A stretch of DNA of 64,000 nt from Escherichia phage LH2. Within the stretch, counting starts at the first letter, position 1. The number at the start of each line of letters is the position of its first letter. The DNA lies in the sequence record OQ378934.1; one strand, given 5' to 3'. Shown here piece after piece: positions 37,939 through 46,888 of this stretch. The notes beneath the pieces were generated by a model that worked only from the letters and a program-made list of their open reading frames with translations, searched no databases and had not been told where the DNA came from. Both the position numbers and the translations under genes were made by a program.

Positions 37939-38190
37939 ATGGAAACTTTAGTAGCAGGTTCAATTTTTATGGTTTTAGTTTCAGGCGTGTTGGCTATTAT
38001 TATATACATGCTTCCATGGTTTATCGCCTTGATGCGCGGGTCAAAATCGACAGTAGGAATCTTTTTCACATCTTTACTGTTTAACTGGTCAATTATTGGT
38101 TGGTTTATTACATTTATTTGGTCAATTGCGGGTGAAACTAAAAAATCCGCACAACCAAATCAAGTAATTATCATCAGAGAGAAGGAATGA
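37939..38190 (+). CDS. imm: Immunity (superinfection exclusion) membrane protein Imm
   Basis: 83 aa, two TM segments; between 43 and 42 as in T4. Confidence 0.8.
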   Translation: METLVAGSIFMVLVSGVLAIIIYMLPWFIALMRGSKSTVGIFFTSLLFNWSIIGWFITFIWSIAGETKKSAQPNQVIIIREKE

Positions 38191-38336
38191 AAAGCAAAAT
38201 TTTAGCAGTATTGCTTTTAATCTTGATGATTATAATAAGTATATACTATAGCGTAGCAGTTCCTTGTATGATTCCAACGCTTATTATAGGGTGGAGTTTA
38301 TTACTGTTACAAGTTAAATATGAATGTATCAATTGA
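38187..38336 (+). CDS. Small hydrophobic membrane peptide (49 aa, below ORF-track cutoff)
   Basis: ATGA overlap with imm stop; MKSKILAVLLLILMIIISIYYSVAVPCMIPTLIIGWSLLLLQVKYECIN. Confidence 0.4.
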   Translation: MKSKILAVLLLILMIIISIYYSVAVPCMIPTLIIGWSLLLLQVKYECIN

Positions 38337-38343
38337 GGTTTAA

Positions 38344-39084
38344 ATGATTAATGACTCTATGACAGTTGAAGAAATCCGTCTTCATTTGGGAATTGCATTA
38401 AAGGAAAAAGATTTCGTAGTTGATAAAACTGGTGTTAAAACTATTGAAATTATTGGTGCATCATTTGTAGCAGATGAACCTTTTATTTTTGGCGCTCTTA
38501 ATGACGAATACATTCAGCGTGAACTTGAATGGTATAAATCTAAAAGTTTGTTTGTTAAAGATATTCCGGGTGAAACACCGAAGATTTGGCAGCAGGTAGC
38601 ATCTTCTAAAGGCGAAATTAACTCGAATTATGGTTGGGCCATCTGGTCGGAAGATAACTATGCTCAGTATGACATGTGTTTAGCTGAACTTGGTCAAAAT
38701 CCTGATTCTCGACGTGGTATCATGATTTATACTCGTCCATCCATGCAGTTTGACTACAATAAAGATGGCATGTCAGATTTCATGTGTACGAATACAGTGC
38801 AGTACCTGATTCGTGATAAGAAAGTCAATGCAGTGGTTAACATGAGAAGCAATGATTGCTGGGCAGGCTATCGTAATGATTATGCATGGCAAAAATACGT
38901 ATTAGATAAATTAGTATCTGATTTGAATGCAGGCGATTCAACTCGTCAGTATAAAGCAGGTTCTATTATATGGAATGTTGGAAGTCTTCATGTATATTCT
39001 CGTCATTTTTACTTGGTTGATCATTGGTGGAATACTGGCGAAACTCATATTATGAAAAAAGATTATAACGGTGAGTGGAAATGA
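38344..39084 (+). CDS. 42: dCMP hydroxymethylase gp42
   Basis: 246 aa; thymidylate-synthase-like fold motifs; close match to T4 gp42 as recalled. Confidence 0.92.
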   Translation: MINDSMTVEEIRLHLGIALKEKDFVVDKTGVKTIEIIGASFVADEPFIFGALNDEYIQRELEWYKSKSLFVKDIPGETPKIWQQVASSKGEINSNYGWAIWSEDNYAQYDMCLAELGQNPDSRRGIMIYTRPSMQFDYNKDGMSDFMCTNTVQYLIRDKKVNAVVNMRSNDCWAGYRNDYAWQKYVLDKLVSDLNAGDSTRQYKAGSIIWNVGSLHVYSRHFYLVDHWWNTGETHIMKKDYNGEWK

Positions 39085-39923
39085 TTCAATTTGTAATTCC
39101 AAGTTATCAACGTGTAGGGGCAGTTTCTGCCCTTGATATGTTTCCGACTGATTATGAACCTCATATTGTAGTACGTGAACACGAAGAAAAAGCTTATTAT
39201 GATGCTTATGGGTCTAGAGCTAAAATTATAACTATTCCTGATGATGTTAATGGAATTGCTGGTACTCGTAAAGCAATTACTAATATGTATGCAGGTCAAC
39301 GAATCTGGATGATTGATGATGATACTACTATTCGTATGAGTTCAATGCGAAAGAAAGATGATCGTCGCTGCGTAGATAAAATTAATCAATTAACTCGTGA
39401 ACAGTTCTATGAATTGATTCAATACGTTGAAGATGCCATGGATTGTGGGTATTATCACGGTCATGCTCGTCTACCTATTTTTAAAATTACTTCATCTTGG
39501 GGTAATTATCGTGAAAATTCATATGGATTCACGAATACCTGGTATGACCTCGGAAAACTTACAACAGAACAAATTGGGTATGGAAAAATTGATTTATGCG
39601 AAGATATGTATGCATTTCTCAATTTAATTAATCAAGGTTATCCGCATTTGGCCTTGTTCAAATATCTGGTTGTATCTGGAAAAGCACAAGCTCCAGGCGG
39701 ATGTAGTTCAATTCGTAGTAATTCAAAACATAATAGAGCTCTTGAGCAAATCAATAGAGAGTTTCCGGAGCAAGCTCGTTGGAAAACTTCTAATATTGAA
39801 AAACGAAAATCATTAGGTGAAGAAGACGAGCCATTAAAGGTTCTTCGCATGTGTGTTTCACGCAAAGAAAAATCAGAAGCGTTTCATAAGTTTAATGCTA
39901 TTCATCCAATAGCGGTTGATTAA
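39081..39923 (+). CDS. Glycosyltransferase, GT-A-like (DxD motif), at the beta-gt locus
   Basis: FVIPSYQR N-terminus and IDDDTTIR DxD motif; does not resemble T4 beta-glucosyltransferase as I recall it. Confidence 0.6.
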   Translation: MIQFVIPSYQRVGAVSALDMFPTDYEPHIVVREHEEKAYYDAYGSRAKIITIPDDVNGIAGTRKAITNMYAGQRIWMIDDDTTIRMSSMRKKDDRRCVDKINQLTREQFYELIQYVEDAMDCGYYHGHARLPIFKITSSWGNYRENSYGFTNTWYDLGKLTTEQIGYGKIDLCEDMYAFLNLINQGYPHLALFKYLVVSGKAQAPGGCSSIRSNSKHNRALEQINREFPEQARWKTSNIEKRKSLGEEDEPLKVLRMCVSRKEKSEAFHKFNAIHPIAVD

Positions 39924-39927
39924 TGAC

Positions 39928-40593
39928 ATGAAAAGACATAAAGAAAAGAAATATAATTATACTTATGTTATAACTAATTTAGTTAATAATAAAATTTACT
40001 ATGGAACTCATTCAACCGATGATTTAAATGATGGTTATATGGGATCAGGAACTTTATTAGCACAAGCCAAGAAAAAGTATGGTAAGAAAAATTTTAATTT
40101 AAGCATTCTTGGGTTTTATAAAGATTTTAAATCAGCCCGTGATGCTGAAAGAGAATTAGTAACAATAGATGTGGTAAATGATCCTATGACTTATAATTTA
40201 AAAATTGGTGGAGAGGGTGGTAGAAGAATTGGTTATAGAGTTTCATCAGAAACCAAAGAAAAAATTTCAAAAGCTCAAAAAGGAAAACCAAAACATCTTG
40301 GATTTAGTGATGTTTGCCGGAAAGCCCAGCTAGGCAAAAAGCAGTCAGAAGAAACTAAAGCAAAACGAAAAGAAGCTTTGCTTAATAATCCATATGGTTA
40401 TAATAGAAATAAACCATCACATAAACGTGACCCAATAATGTGGGATAACATTGAAAAGATTAAAGAAATATGGGAAAACTCTGGAAAACCCGGTGCTATT
40501 AAGCTTAAAAAATTAGCAATTGAAGCTGGATTTCCAAATAAATCTTATGCAAGAATGCTCGAAGTATTTCGTGGAACAAGAACACTACTATAA
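39928..40593 (+). CDS. Freestanding GIY-YIG homing endonuclease (Seg-like)
   Basis: YVITNLVNNKIYYGTHS...YMGSGTLL; paralog of the 21242 ORF; NUMOD3-like repeats. Confidence 0.75.
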   Translation: MKRHKEKKYNYTYVITNLVNNKIYYGTHSTDDLNDGYMGSGTLLAQAKKKYGKKNFNLSILGFYKDFKSARDAERELVTIDVVNDPMTYNLKIGGEGGRRIGYRVSSETKEKISKAQKGKPKHLGFSDVCRKAQLGKKQSEETKAKRKEALLNNPYGYNRNKPSHKRDPIMWDNIEKIKEIWENSGKPGAIKLKKLAIEAGFPNKSYARMLEVFRGTRTLL

Positions 40594-40601
40594 GGTATTA
40601 T

Positions 40602-41777
40602 ATGTCTGATTTAAAATCTCGTTTGATTAAAGCTTCTACTTCTAAATTGACTGCAGAATTAACAGCATCTAAATTCTTTAATGAAAAAGATGTAGTTCGA
40701 ACAAAAATTCCTATGATGAATATTGCACTTTCTGGTGAAATTACTGGTGGTATGCAATCTGGTCTGTTAATTTTGGCAGGTCCATCAAAATCATTTAAAT
40801 CAAACTTTGGATTAACAATGGTGTCATCTTACATGCGTCAATATCCTGATGCAGTATGTTTGTTTTATGATAGTGAATTTGGTATTACTCCTGCTTATTT
40901 GCGGTCTATGGGAGTCGATCCAGAACGAGTAATTCATACTCCGGTTCAATCACTTGAGCAATTACGTATTGACATGGTTAATCAATTGGATGCAATTGAA
41001 CGCGGCGAAAAGGTAGTCGTTTTTATCGATTCACTTGGTAACTTAGCTTCTAAGAAAGAAACTGAAGATGCTTTAAATGAAAAAGTTGTTAGTGATATGA
41101 CTAGAGCTAAAACAATGAAAAGCTTATTTCGTATCGTAACTCCCTATTTTAGTACTAAAAATATTCCATGTATTGCTATTAACCATACATACGAAACACA
41201 AGAAATGTTTAGTAAAACAGTTATGGGAGGTGGTACTGGACCGATGTATTCGGCTGATACTGTATTCATTATCGGTAAGCGCCAGATTAAAGATGGTTCT
41301 GATCTTCAGGGGTATCAATTTGTTCTAAATGTAGAAAAATCTCGTACCGTCAAAGAAAAAAGTAAATTCTTTATTGATGTTAAATTTGACGGTGGTATCG
41401 ATCCTTATTCTGGATTGTTAGATATGGCTCTTGAATTAGGATTTGTAGTAAAACCTAAAAATGGCTGGTATGCTCGTGAATTTCTTGATGAAGAAACCGG
41501 CGAGATGATTCGCGAAGAAAAATCTTGGCGTGCAAAAGATACCAACTGTACTACATTCTGGGGTCCTTTATTTAAGCATCAACCATTCCGAGATGCTATT
41601 AAACGCGCTTATCAGTTAGGTGCTATTGATAGTAATGAAATTGTTGAAGCTGAAGTTGATGAATTGATTAACTCAAAGGTTGAAAAATTTAAATCTCCAG
41701 AAAGTAAAAGTAAATCAGCAGCTGATTTAGAAACTGACCTAGATCAGTTAAGTGATATGGAAGAATTTAATGAATAA
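40602..41777 (+). CDS. uvsX: Recombinase UvsX (RecA-like)
   Basis: 391 aa; Walker A GPSKSFKS; matches T4 UvsX. Confidence 0.92.
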   Translation: MSDLKSRLIKASTSKLTAELTASKFFNEKDVVRTKIPMMNIALSGEITGGMQSGLLILAGPSKSFKSNFGLTMVSSYMRQYPDAVCLFYDSEFGITPAYLRSMGVDPERVIHTPVQSLEQLRIDMVNQLDAIERGEKVVVFIDSLGNLASKKETEDALNEKVVSDMTRAKTMKSLFRIVTPYFSTKNIPCIAINHTYETQEMFSKTVMGGGTGPMYSADTVFIIGKRQIKDGSDLQGYQFVLNVEKSRTVKEKSKFFIDVKFDGGIDPYSGLLDMALELGFVVKPKNGWYAREFLDEETGEMIREEKSWRAKDTNCTTFWGPLFKHQPFRDAIKRAYQLGAIDSNEIVEAEVDELINSKVEKFKSPESKSKSAADLETDLDQLSDMEEFNE

Positions 41778-42114
41778 AGATGATTTAGATTTAGATCTAG
41801 AAATTATCGATGAATCCCCCTCTTCGGAGGGGGAAGAAGAAAGAAAAGAACGTCTTTTTAATGAATCTCTTAAGATAATTAAATCTGCTATGGAAAATGT
41901 TATCCAGGAGATTGTCATTAAACTAGAAGACGGTTCTACACACATTGTGTATGTGACAAAATTAGATTGGGTTGATGGAAAAGTCGTAATGGACTTTGCT
42001 GTTCTTGACCAAGAAAGAAAAGCTGAGTTAGCTCCTCATGTAGAAAAATGTATTACAATGCAACTACAAGATGCATTTAATAAAAGGTCAAAGAAAAAAT
42101 TTAAATTCTTTTAA
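41770..42114 (+). CDS. 40: gp40-like protein (head assembly factor)
   Basis: ATG overlapping uvsX stop; 114 aa; position between uvsX and 41. Confidence 0.6.
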   Translation: MNKDDLDLDLEIIDESPSSEGEEERKERLFNESLKIIKSAMENVIQEIVIKLEDGSTHIVYVTKLDWVDGKVVMDFAVLDQERKAELAPHVEKCITMQLQDAFNKRSKKKFKFF

Positions 42115-42123
42115 GGAGTAAGT

Positions 42124-43551
42124 GTGGTAGAAATTATTCTTTCTCATCTCATATTTGATCAAGCTTATTTTTCAAAAGTTTGGCCATATATGGATTCAGA
42201 ATATTTTGAAAGTGGTCCAGCTAAAAATACATTCAAATTAATTAAATCTCATGTCAATGAGTACCATAGCGTTCCATCTATTAATGCGTTAAATGTTGCG
42301 TTAGAAAATAGTTCATTTACTGAAACAGAATATTCTGGTGTAAAAACACTTATTTCGAAACTAACCGATTCTCCAGAAGACCACAGCTGGTTAGTAAAAG
42401 AAACAGAAAAATATGTTCAGCAAAGGGCGATGTTTAATGCTACGTCTAAAATAATTGAAATTCAAACTAATGCTGAGCTTCCTCCGGAAAAACGAAATAA
42501 GAAAATGCCAGATGTAGGTGCTATTCCTGACATCATGCGCCAAGCATTATCAATTTCATTTGATAGTTACGTTGGTCATGATTGGATGGATGACTACGAA
42601 GCACGTTGGCTATCTTATATGAATAAAGCTCGTAAGGTTCCATTTAAACTCAAAATTCTAAATAAAATTACTAAAGGCGGAGCTGAAACTGGAACACTGA
42701 ACGTTTTAATGGCTGGTGTTAACGTCGGTAAGTCATTAGGTCTGTGTTCATTGGCAGCAGATTATTTGCAGCTCGGACATAATGTTCTTTACATTTCCAT
42801 GGAAATGGCTGAAGAAGTTTGTGCTAAACGTATTGACGCTAATATGCTTGATGTTTCTCTTGATGACATTGATGATGGGCATATTTCTTACGCTGAATAT
42901 AAAGGAAAAATGGAAAAATGGCGTGAGAAATCTACTCTTGGTCGTTTAATCGTTAAACAGTATCCTACTGGTGGAGCAGATGCTAACACATTCAGGTCTC
43001 TCTTGAATGAATTGAAGCTCAAGAAGAATTTTGTTCCAACAATCATTATTGTCGACTATCTAGGTATTTGTAAATCTTGCCGCATTAGAGTTTATTCAGA
43101 AAATAGTTACACAACTGTTAAAGCTATTGCAGAAGAATTGCGTGCTCTGGCTGTTGAAACCGAAACTGTTCTTTGGACTGCAGCACAGGTTGGTAAACAA
43201 GCTTGGGATTCTTCTGATGTTAACATGAGTGATATCGCAGAATCTGCCGGTCTTCCAGCAACAGCTGATTTTATGCTTGCGGTCATTGAAACCGAGGAGC
43301 TAGCAGCTGCTGAACAACAACTCATTAAGCAAATCAAATCACGATATGGTGATAAGAATAAATGGAATAAGTTTTTGATGGGTGTTCAAAAAGGAAATCA
43401 GAAATGGGTAGAAATTGAACAAGATTCTACTCCAACTGAAGTGAACGAAGTAGCAGGTTCACAACAGATTCAGGCTGAACAGAATCGCTATCAAAGAAAT
43501 GAATCTACTCGAGCCCAGTTAGATGCTTTGGCAAATGAATTAAAATTTTAG
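42124..43551 (+). CDS. 41: Replicative DNA helicase gp41 (DnaB-like)
   Basis: 475 aa; GTG start after SD AAGGAG; Walker A GVNVGKS. Confidence 0.92.
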   Translation: MVEIILSHLIFDQAYFSKVWPYMDSEYFESGPAKNTFKLIKSHVNEYHSVPSINALNVALENSSFTETEYSGVKTLISKLTDSPEDHSWLVKETEKYVQQRAMFNATSKIIEIQTNAELPPEKRNKKMPDVGAIPDIMRQALSISFDSYVGHDWMDDYEARWLSYMNKARKVPFKLKILNKITKGGAETGTLNVLMAGVNVGKSLGLCSLAADYLQLGHNVLYISMEMAEEVCAKRIDANMLDVSLDDIDDGHISYAEYKGKMEKWREKSTLGRLIVKQYPTGGADANTFRSLLNELKLKKNFVPTIIIVDYLGICKSCRIRVYSENSYTTVKAIAEELRALAVETETVLWTAAQVGKQAWDSSDVNMSDIAESAGLPATADFMLAVIETEELAAAEQQLIKQIKSRYGDKNKWNKFLMGVQKGNQKWVEIEQDSTPTEVNEVAGSQQIQAEQNRYQRNESTRAQLDALANELKF

Positions 43552-43580
43552 TTTACAAGCTGACAAGACTATGGTATAGT
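43551..43580 (+). promoter_or_regulatory. T4-type early promoter with palindromic -10 region
   Basis: gtttac 43551-43556; tatagt 43575-43580 inside acaagact...agtcttgt inverted repeat. Confidence 0.5.
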
Positions 43581-43609
43581 AGTCTTGTTGGTTAAATGAG
43601 GAGATCGTT

Positions 43610-43792
43610 ATGGAATTGGTAAAGGTAGTTTTTATGGGGTGGTTTAAGAATGAAAGCATGTTTACTAAAGAAATCACAATGATGAAAGATGACGTTCAAT
43701 GGGCTACTACTCAATATGCTGAAGTTAATAAAGCATTAGTTAAAGCTTTCATTGATGACAAGAAAGTATGTGAAGTGGATTGCCGAGGATAA
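43610..43792 (+). CDS. dmd: Dmd-like antitoxin (inhibitor of host RnlA/LsoA RNase toxins)
   Basis: 60 aa; MELVKVVFMGWFKNESMFTKEITMMKDDVQW... as recalled for T4 Dmd; immediately downstream of 41. Confidence 0.6.
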   Translation: MELVKVVFMGWFKNESMFTKEITMMKDDVQWATTQYAEVNKALVKAFIDDKKVCEVDCRG

Positions 43793-43793
43793 T

Positions 43794-44051
43794 ATGCATA
43801 TTGTTTTATTTAAACCTACTCCGTATAACGTCAGGAAAAATACTCAATTCAAAGCACTTATTGCAGATACGTGGGAATTGGTGCTAGATATTCCAGCAGA
43901 AGAAAGTCCTCCATTTGGTCGAGTGGAATTTATTAAGTTTGCTGTGCGCCCTACGAAGCGACAGATTCGTCAATGCAAAAGATACTTTCGTAAAATCGTC
44001 AAGTTAGAGAAACAGTTTGTAACATGTGATTATGCAGAAGTTTTAAAATAA
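43794..44051 (+). CDS. Hypothetical protein
   Basis: ATG 43794; 85 aa. Confidence 0.45.
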   Translation: MHIVLFKPTPYNVRKNTQFKALIADTWELVLDIPAEESPPFGRVEFIKFAVRPTKRQIRQCKRYFRKIVKLEKQFVTCDYAEVLK

Positions 44052-44053
44052 GT

Positions 44054-44086
44054 GTTTACTTTTGTTGAAAATTGAGATACTATAAA
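44054..44086 (+). promoter_or_regulatory. T4-type early promoter
   Basis: gtttac 44054-44059; tactataaa -10 region. Confidence 0.45.
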
Positions 44087-44109
44087 CATAAACTACTGAG
44101 GAGATTATC

Positions 44110-44403
44110 ATGAAAAAATTTGTTTTTGCTGCAATTTTTGCTTTGACTTCTTGTGCTGCTCAGCCTGCTATGGCAGGTTATGATAAAGATTTGTGTGAAT
44201 GGTCTATGACAGCAGATCAGACTGAGGTTGAAACTCAGATTGAAGCAGATATTATGAATATCGTTGAGCGTGATCGCCCTGAAATGAAAGCTGAAGTACA
44301 AAAACAGCTTAAGTCTGGTGGTGTAATGCAGTATAATTACGTTCTGTATTGTGATAAAAACTTCAATAATAAAAATATCATCGCTGAAGTGGTAGGTGAA
44401 TAA
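44110..44403 (+). CDS. sp: Periplasmic protein, Spackle-like
   Basis: 97 aa with signal peptide MKKFVFAAIFALTSCAAQPAMA; position 41 to 61 as in T4; assignment by position and size. Confidence 0.55.
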   Translation: MKKFVFAAIFALTSCAAQPAMAGYDKDLCEWSMTADQTEVETQIEADIMNIVERDRPEMKAEVQKQLKSGGVMQYNYVLYCDKNFNNKNIIAEVVGE

Positions 44404-44415
44404 TTAGAGGTTAAT

Positions 44416-44772
44416 ATGTATAGTTCTGAATTTCCATATTTAAAAATGGAAAAAATTTCATACGATTTTATAGATGAAAAGGTTTATTACAGTTTTCATG
44501 AGCCGCGTTTTAACAGTGAAGTCGGTTTTATTGTAGTAAAAGACAATTTCATTTTAAAGATATATTCGGCATTAAAGGATTTTCACTACGAAAATATTAA
44601 CCTAAAATTTGATAAAGAAAACGTTCGTAATTGCGCAGTAACAATTACAGGAAATAAAGGTACATGCGTTATGCTATCTGATGAAATTAATGATTTGCTA
44701 AATGATGCCGAAAAGGTTGTTATTCCATCGATTGATGACCAAATTTTTAATGCTTTTATGAATAGAGGTTAA
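44416..44772 (+). CDS. Hypothetical protein
   Basis: 118-aa ORF. Confidence 0.5.
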   Translation: MYSSEFPYLKMEKISYDFIDEKVYYSFHEPRFNSEVGFIVVKDNFILKIYSALKDFHYENINLKFDKENVRNCAVTITGNKGTCVMLSDEINDLLNDAEKVVIPSIDDQIFNAFMNRG

Positions 44773-44773
44773 T

Positions 44774-44938
44774 ATGAAAACATATAAAGAATTTATCAAA
44801 GAAGATATGGTCGCTGGAGATTCAGGTGGTAGTCCTGAAAATATCTCTACTGGAACAACATCAGGCGCTGTAGTAAATAAAGGCCCTGAACAGATTCCTA
44901 AAAAGAAAAAAGAGGAATCTAAAGAAAAAGAAGAGTAA
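44774..44938 (+). CDS. Small hydrophilic protein with capsid-targeting-sequence-like N-terminus (54 aa, below ORF-track cutoff)
   Basis: MKTYKEFIKE resembles the T4 internal-protein CTS; SD GAGG upstream; ends 2 nt before primase ATG. Confidence 0.45.
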   Translation: MKTYKEFIKEDMVAGDSGGSPENISTGTTSGAVVNKGPEQIPKKKKEESKEKEE

Positions 44939-44940
44939 AA

Positions 44941-45969
44941 ATGTCATCAATACCTTGGATTGATAATGAGTTTGCATACCGTGCATTAGCTCATTTACCT
45001 AAATTCACACAAGTAAATAATAGTTCAACTTTTAAATTGCGGTTTAGATGTCCTGTTTGTGGAGATTCAAAAACCGACCAAAATAAAGCCCGTGGATGGT
45101 ATTATGGTGATAATAATGAAGGAAATATTCATTGTTATAACTGTAACTATCATGCACCAATCGGAATATATCTAAAGGAGTTTGAACCTGATTTATATCG
45201 TGAGTATATCTTTGAAATAAGAAAAGAAAAAGGTAAAAGTCGTCCAGTAGAAAAACCTAAAGAACTTCCTAAACAACCTGAGAAGAAAATAATTAAATCT
45301 CTTCCGTCATGTGTTAGATTAGATAAACTGGCGGAAGGCCATCCAATTATAAAATATGTAAAAGCTCGCTGTATTCCAAAGGATAAATGGAAATATCTTT
45401 GGTTTACAACCGAATGGCCTAAATTAGTTAATAGCATAGCACCAGGAACATATAAAAAGGAAATACCTGAGCCTCGTCTTGTTATTCCAATTTATAATGC
45501 TAATGGAAAAGCTGAGTCTTTTCAAGGACGCGCATTAAAGAAAGATGCTCCTCAAAAATATATTACCATCAAAGCTTATCCTGAGGCAACAAAAATCTAT
45601 GGTGTTGAACGGGTTAAAGATGGTGATGTATATGTTCTAGAAGGACCTATAGATTCACTTTTTATTGAAAATGGTATAGCTATTACAGGTGGTCAATTAG
45701 ACCTAGAAATTGTTCCATTTAAAGATAGACGTGTATGGGTTTTAGATAATGAACCTCGTCATCCTGACACTATTAAACGAATGACTAAATTAGTTGATGC
45801 AGGAGAAAGGGTTATGTTTTGGGACAAATCTCCCTGGAAATCAAAAGATGTTAATGATATGATTAGAAAGGAAGGTGCAACCCCTGAGCAAATTATGGAA
45901 TATATGAAAAATAATATTGCGCAGGGGTTGATGGCTAAAATGCGGCTATCTAAATATGCTAAGATTTAA
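44941..45969 (+). CDS. 61: DNA primase gp61
   Basis: 342 aa; Zn-ribbon CPVCGDS...CYNC; TOPRIM-like core. Confidence 0.92.
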   Translation: MSSIPWIDNEFAYRALAHLPKFTQVNNSSTFKLRFRCPVCGDSKTDQNKARGWYYGDNNEGNIHCYNCNYHAPIGIYLKEFEPDLYREYIFEIRKEKGKSRPVEKPKELPKQPEKKIIKSLPSCVRLDKLAEGHPIIKYVKARCIPKDKWKYLWFTTEWPKLVNSIAPGTYKKEIPEPRLVIPIYNANGKAESFQGRALKKDAPQKYITIKAYPEATKIYGVERVKDGDVYVLEGPIDSLFIENGIAITGGQLDLEIVPFKDRRVWVLDNEPRHPDTIKRMTKLVDAGERVMFWDKSPWKSKDVNDMIRKEGATPEQIMEYMKNNIAQGLMAKMRLSKYAKI

Positions 45970-46166
45970 ATTAACCCAACTAAAGCAAATGCTAAATCTA
46001 CGAATGTATCAAGAGTAATTACTGGAATACTAACGCCATGAGCAATAGCAACTGGCGATAAAACAAAATTCCAAAGTAAAATTCCTATCATAGCAGAAAT
46101 AGTAAAAGCTATACGTTTTTTATTACCTTTGATGGCATTAACAAGTGCCATTAATTTTTGTACCAT
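45966..46166 (-). CDS. Small membrane protein encoded on the opposite strand
   Basis: 66 aa, two hydrophobic segments; strong SD (AAGGAGG) 6 nt before ATG on the minus strand; convergent with 61. Confidence 0.55.
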   Translation of the reverse strand: MVQKLMALVNAIKGNKKRIAFTISAMIGILLWNFVLSPVAIAHGVSIPVITLDTFVDLAFALVGLI

Positions 46167-46179
46167 ATGTCCTCCTTAT

Positions 46180-46203
46180 TGCTTTATATATTTATTGTAT
46201 AAT
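46180..46203 (+). promoter_or_regulatory. Candidate MotA-dependent middle promoter upstream of the HNH gene
   Basis: tgcttta 46180-46186; tataat 46198-46203. Confidence 0.4.
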
Positions 46204-46236
46204 TAATCTACTAACCAATGAATTGAAAGGATATAT

Positions 46237-46887
46237 GTGAATTACCAAAAAATTTACTCGGCTTTAATTACAAAAGCTAAATGCCGGCATCTTGGCGGAT
46301 ATAAAGAACGCCATCATATAATTCCTAGATGTATAGGAGGAGCAGATGACAAAAACAATCTTGTTGAGTTAACTGCGCGTGAGCATTTTATAGCTCATAG
46401 ATTATTAACTAAAATATATCCAGATGTGAGAGGATTGCATTATGCTGTAAATTTAATGCGATATAATAAAGGTGTTAAATTAACAAGTAGATTAATAGAA
46501 ACTCTTAAAATCCAAAACTCTGTTCTTTTCTCGGGTGAAAATAATCCTAGATATGGCAAGCCGTCATGGATTAAAGGCAAAAAGACCCCAGAAGAAACTA
46601 AAGCCAAAATGCGTCTAGCTCATAAAGGTAAAATTATATCCGATGAAGCCAAGGCTAATATGAGTAAAGCCCGAAAAGGAAGATTTAGCGGTAAAAATTC
46701 GCCTCGATACGGTTTACCAAATCCTAGGCGAGGAGAAATATGGAATAGTTATGATGCGCTTTATGAATTATGGGTTTATAATAATAGACCTAAGCGCACA
46801 AAATTTAATAAAATAGCTGTCAAGGCAGGTTATCCTAATATCTGCTATAGACATATGATAGAAAACTTCATAAGAAAGGAAAAATAA
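46237..46887 (+). CDS. Freestanding HNH homing endonuclease (Mob-like)
   Basis: GTG start; HNH motif ERHHIIPRCIGGADDKNNLVELTAREH; NUMOD3-like repeats; between 61 and 56. Confidence 0.75.
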   Translation: MNYQKIYSALITKAKCRHLGGYKERHHIIPRCIGGADDKNNLVELTAREHFIAHRLLTKIYPDVRGLHYAVNLMRYNKGVKLTSRLIETLKIQNSVLFSGENNPRYGKPSWIKGKKTPEETKAKMRLAHKGKIISDEAKANMSKARKGRFSGKNSPRYGLPNPRRGEIWNSYDALYELWVYNNRPKRTKFNKIAVKAGYPNICYRHMIENFIRKEK

Positions 46888-46888
46888 C

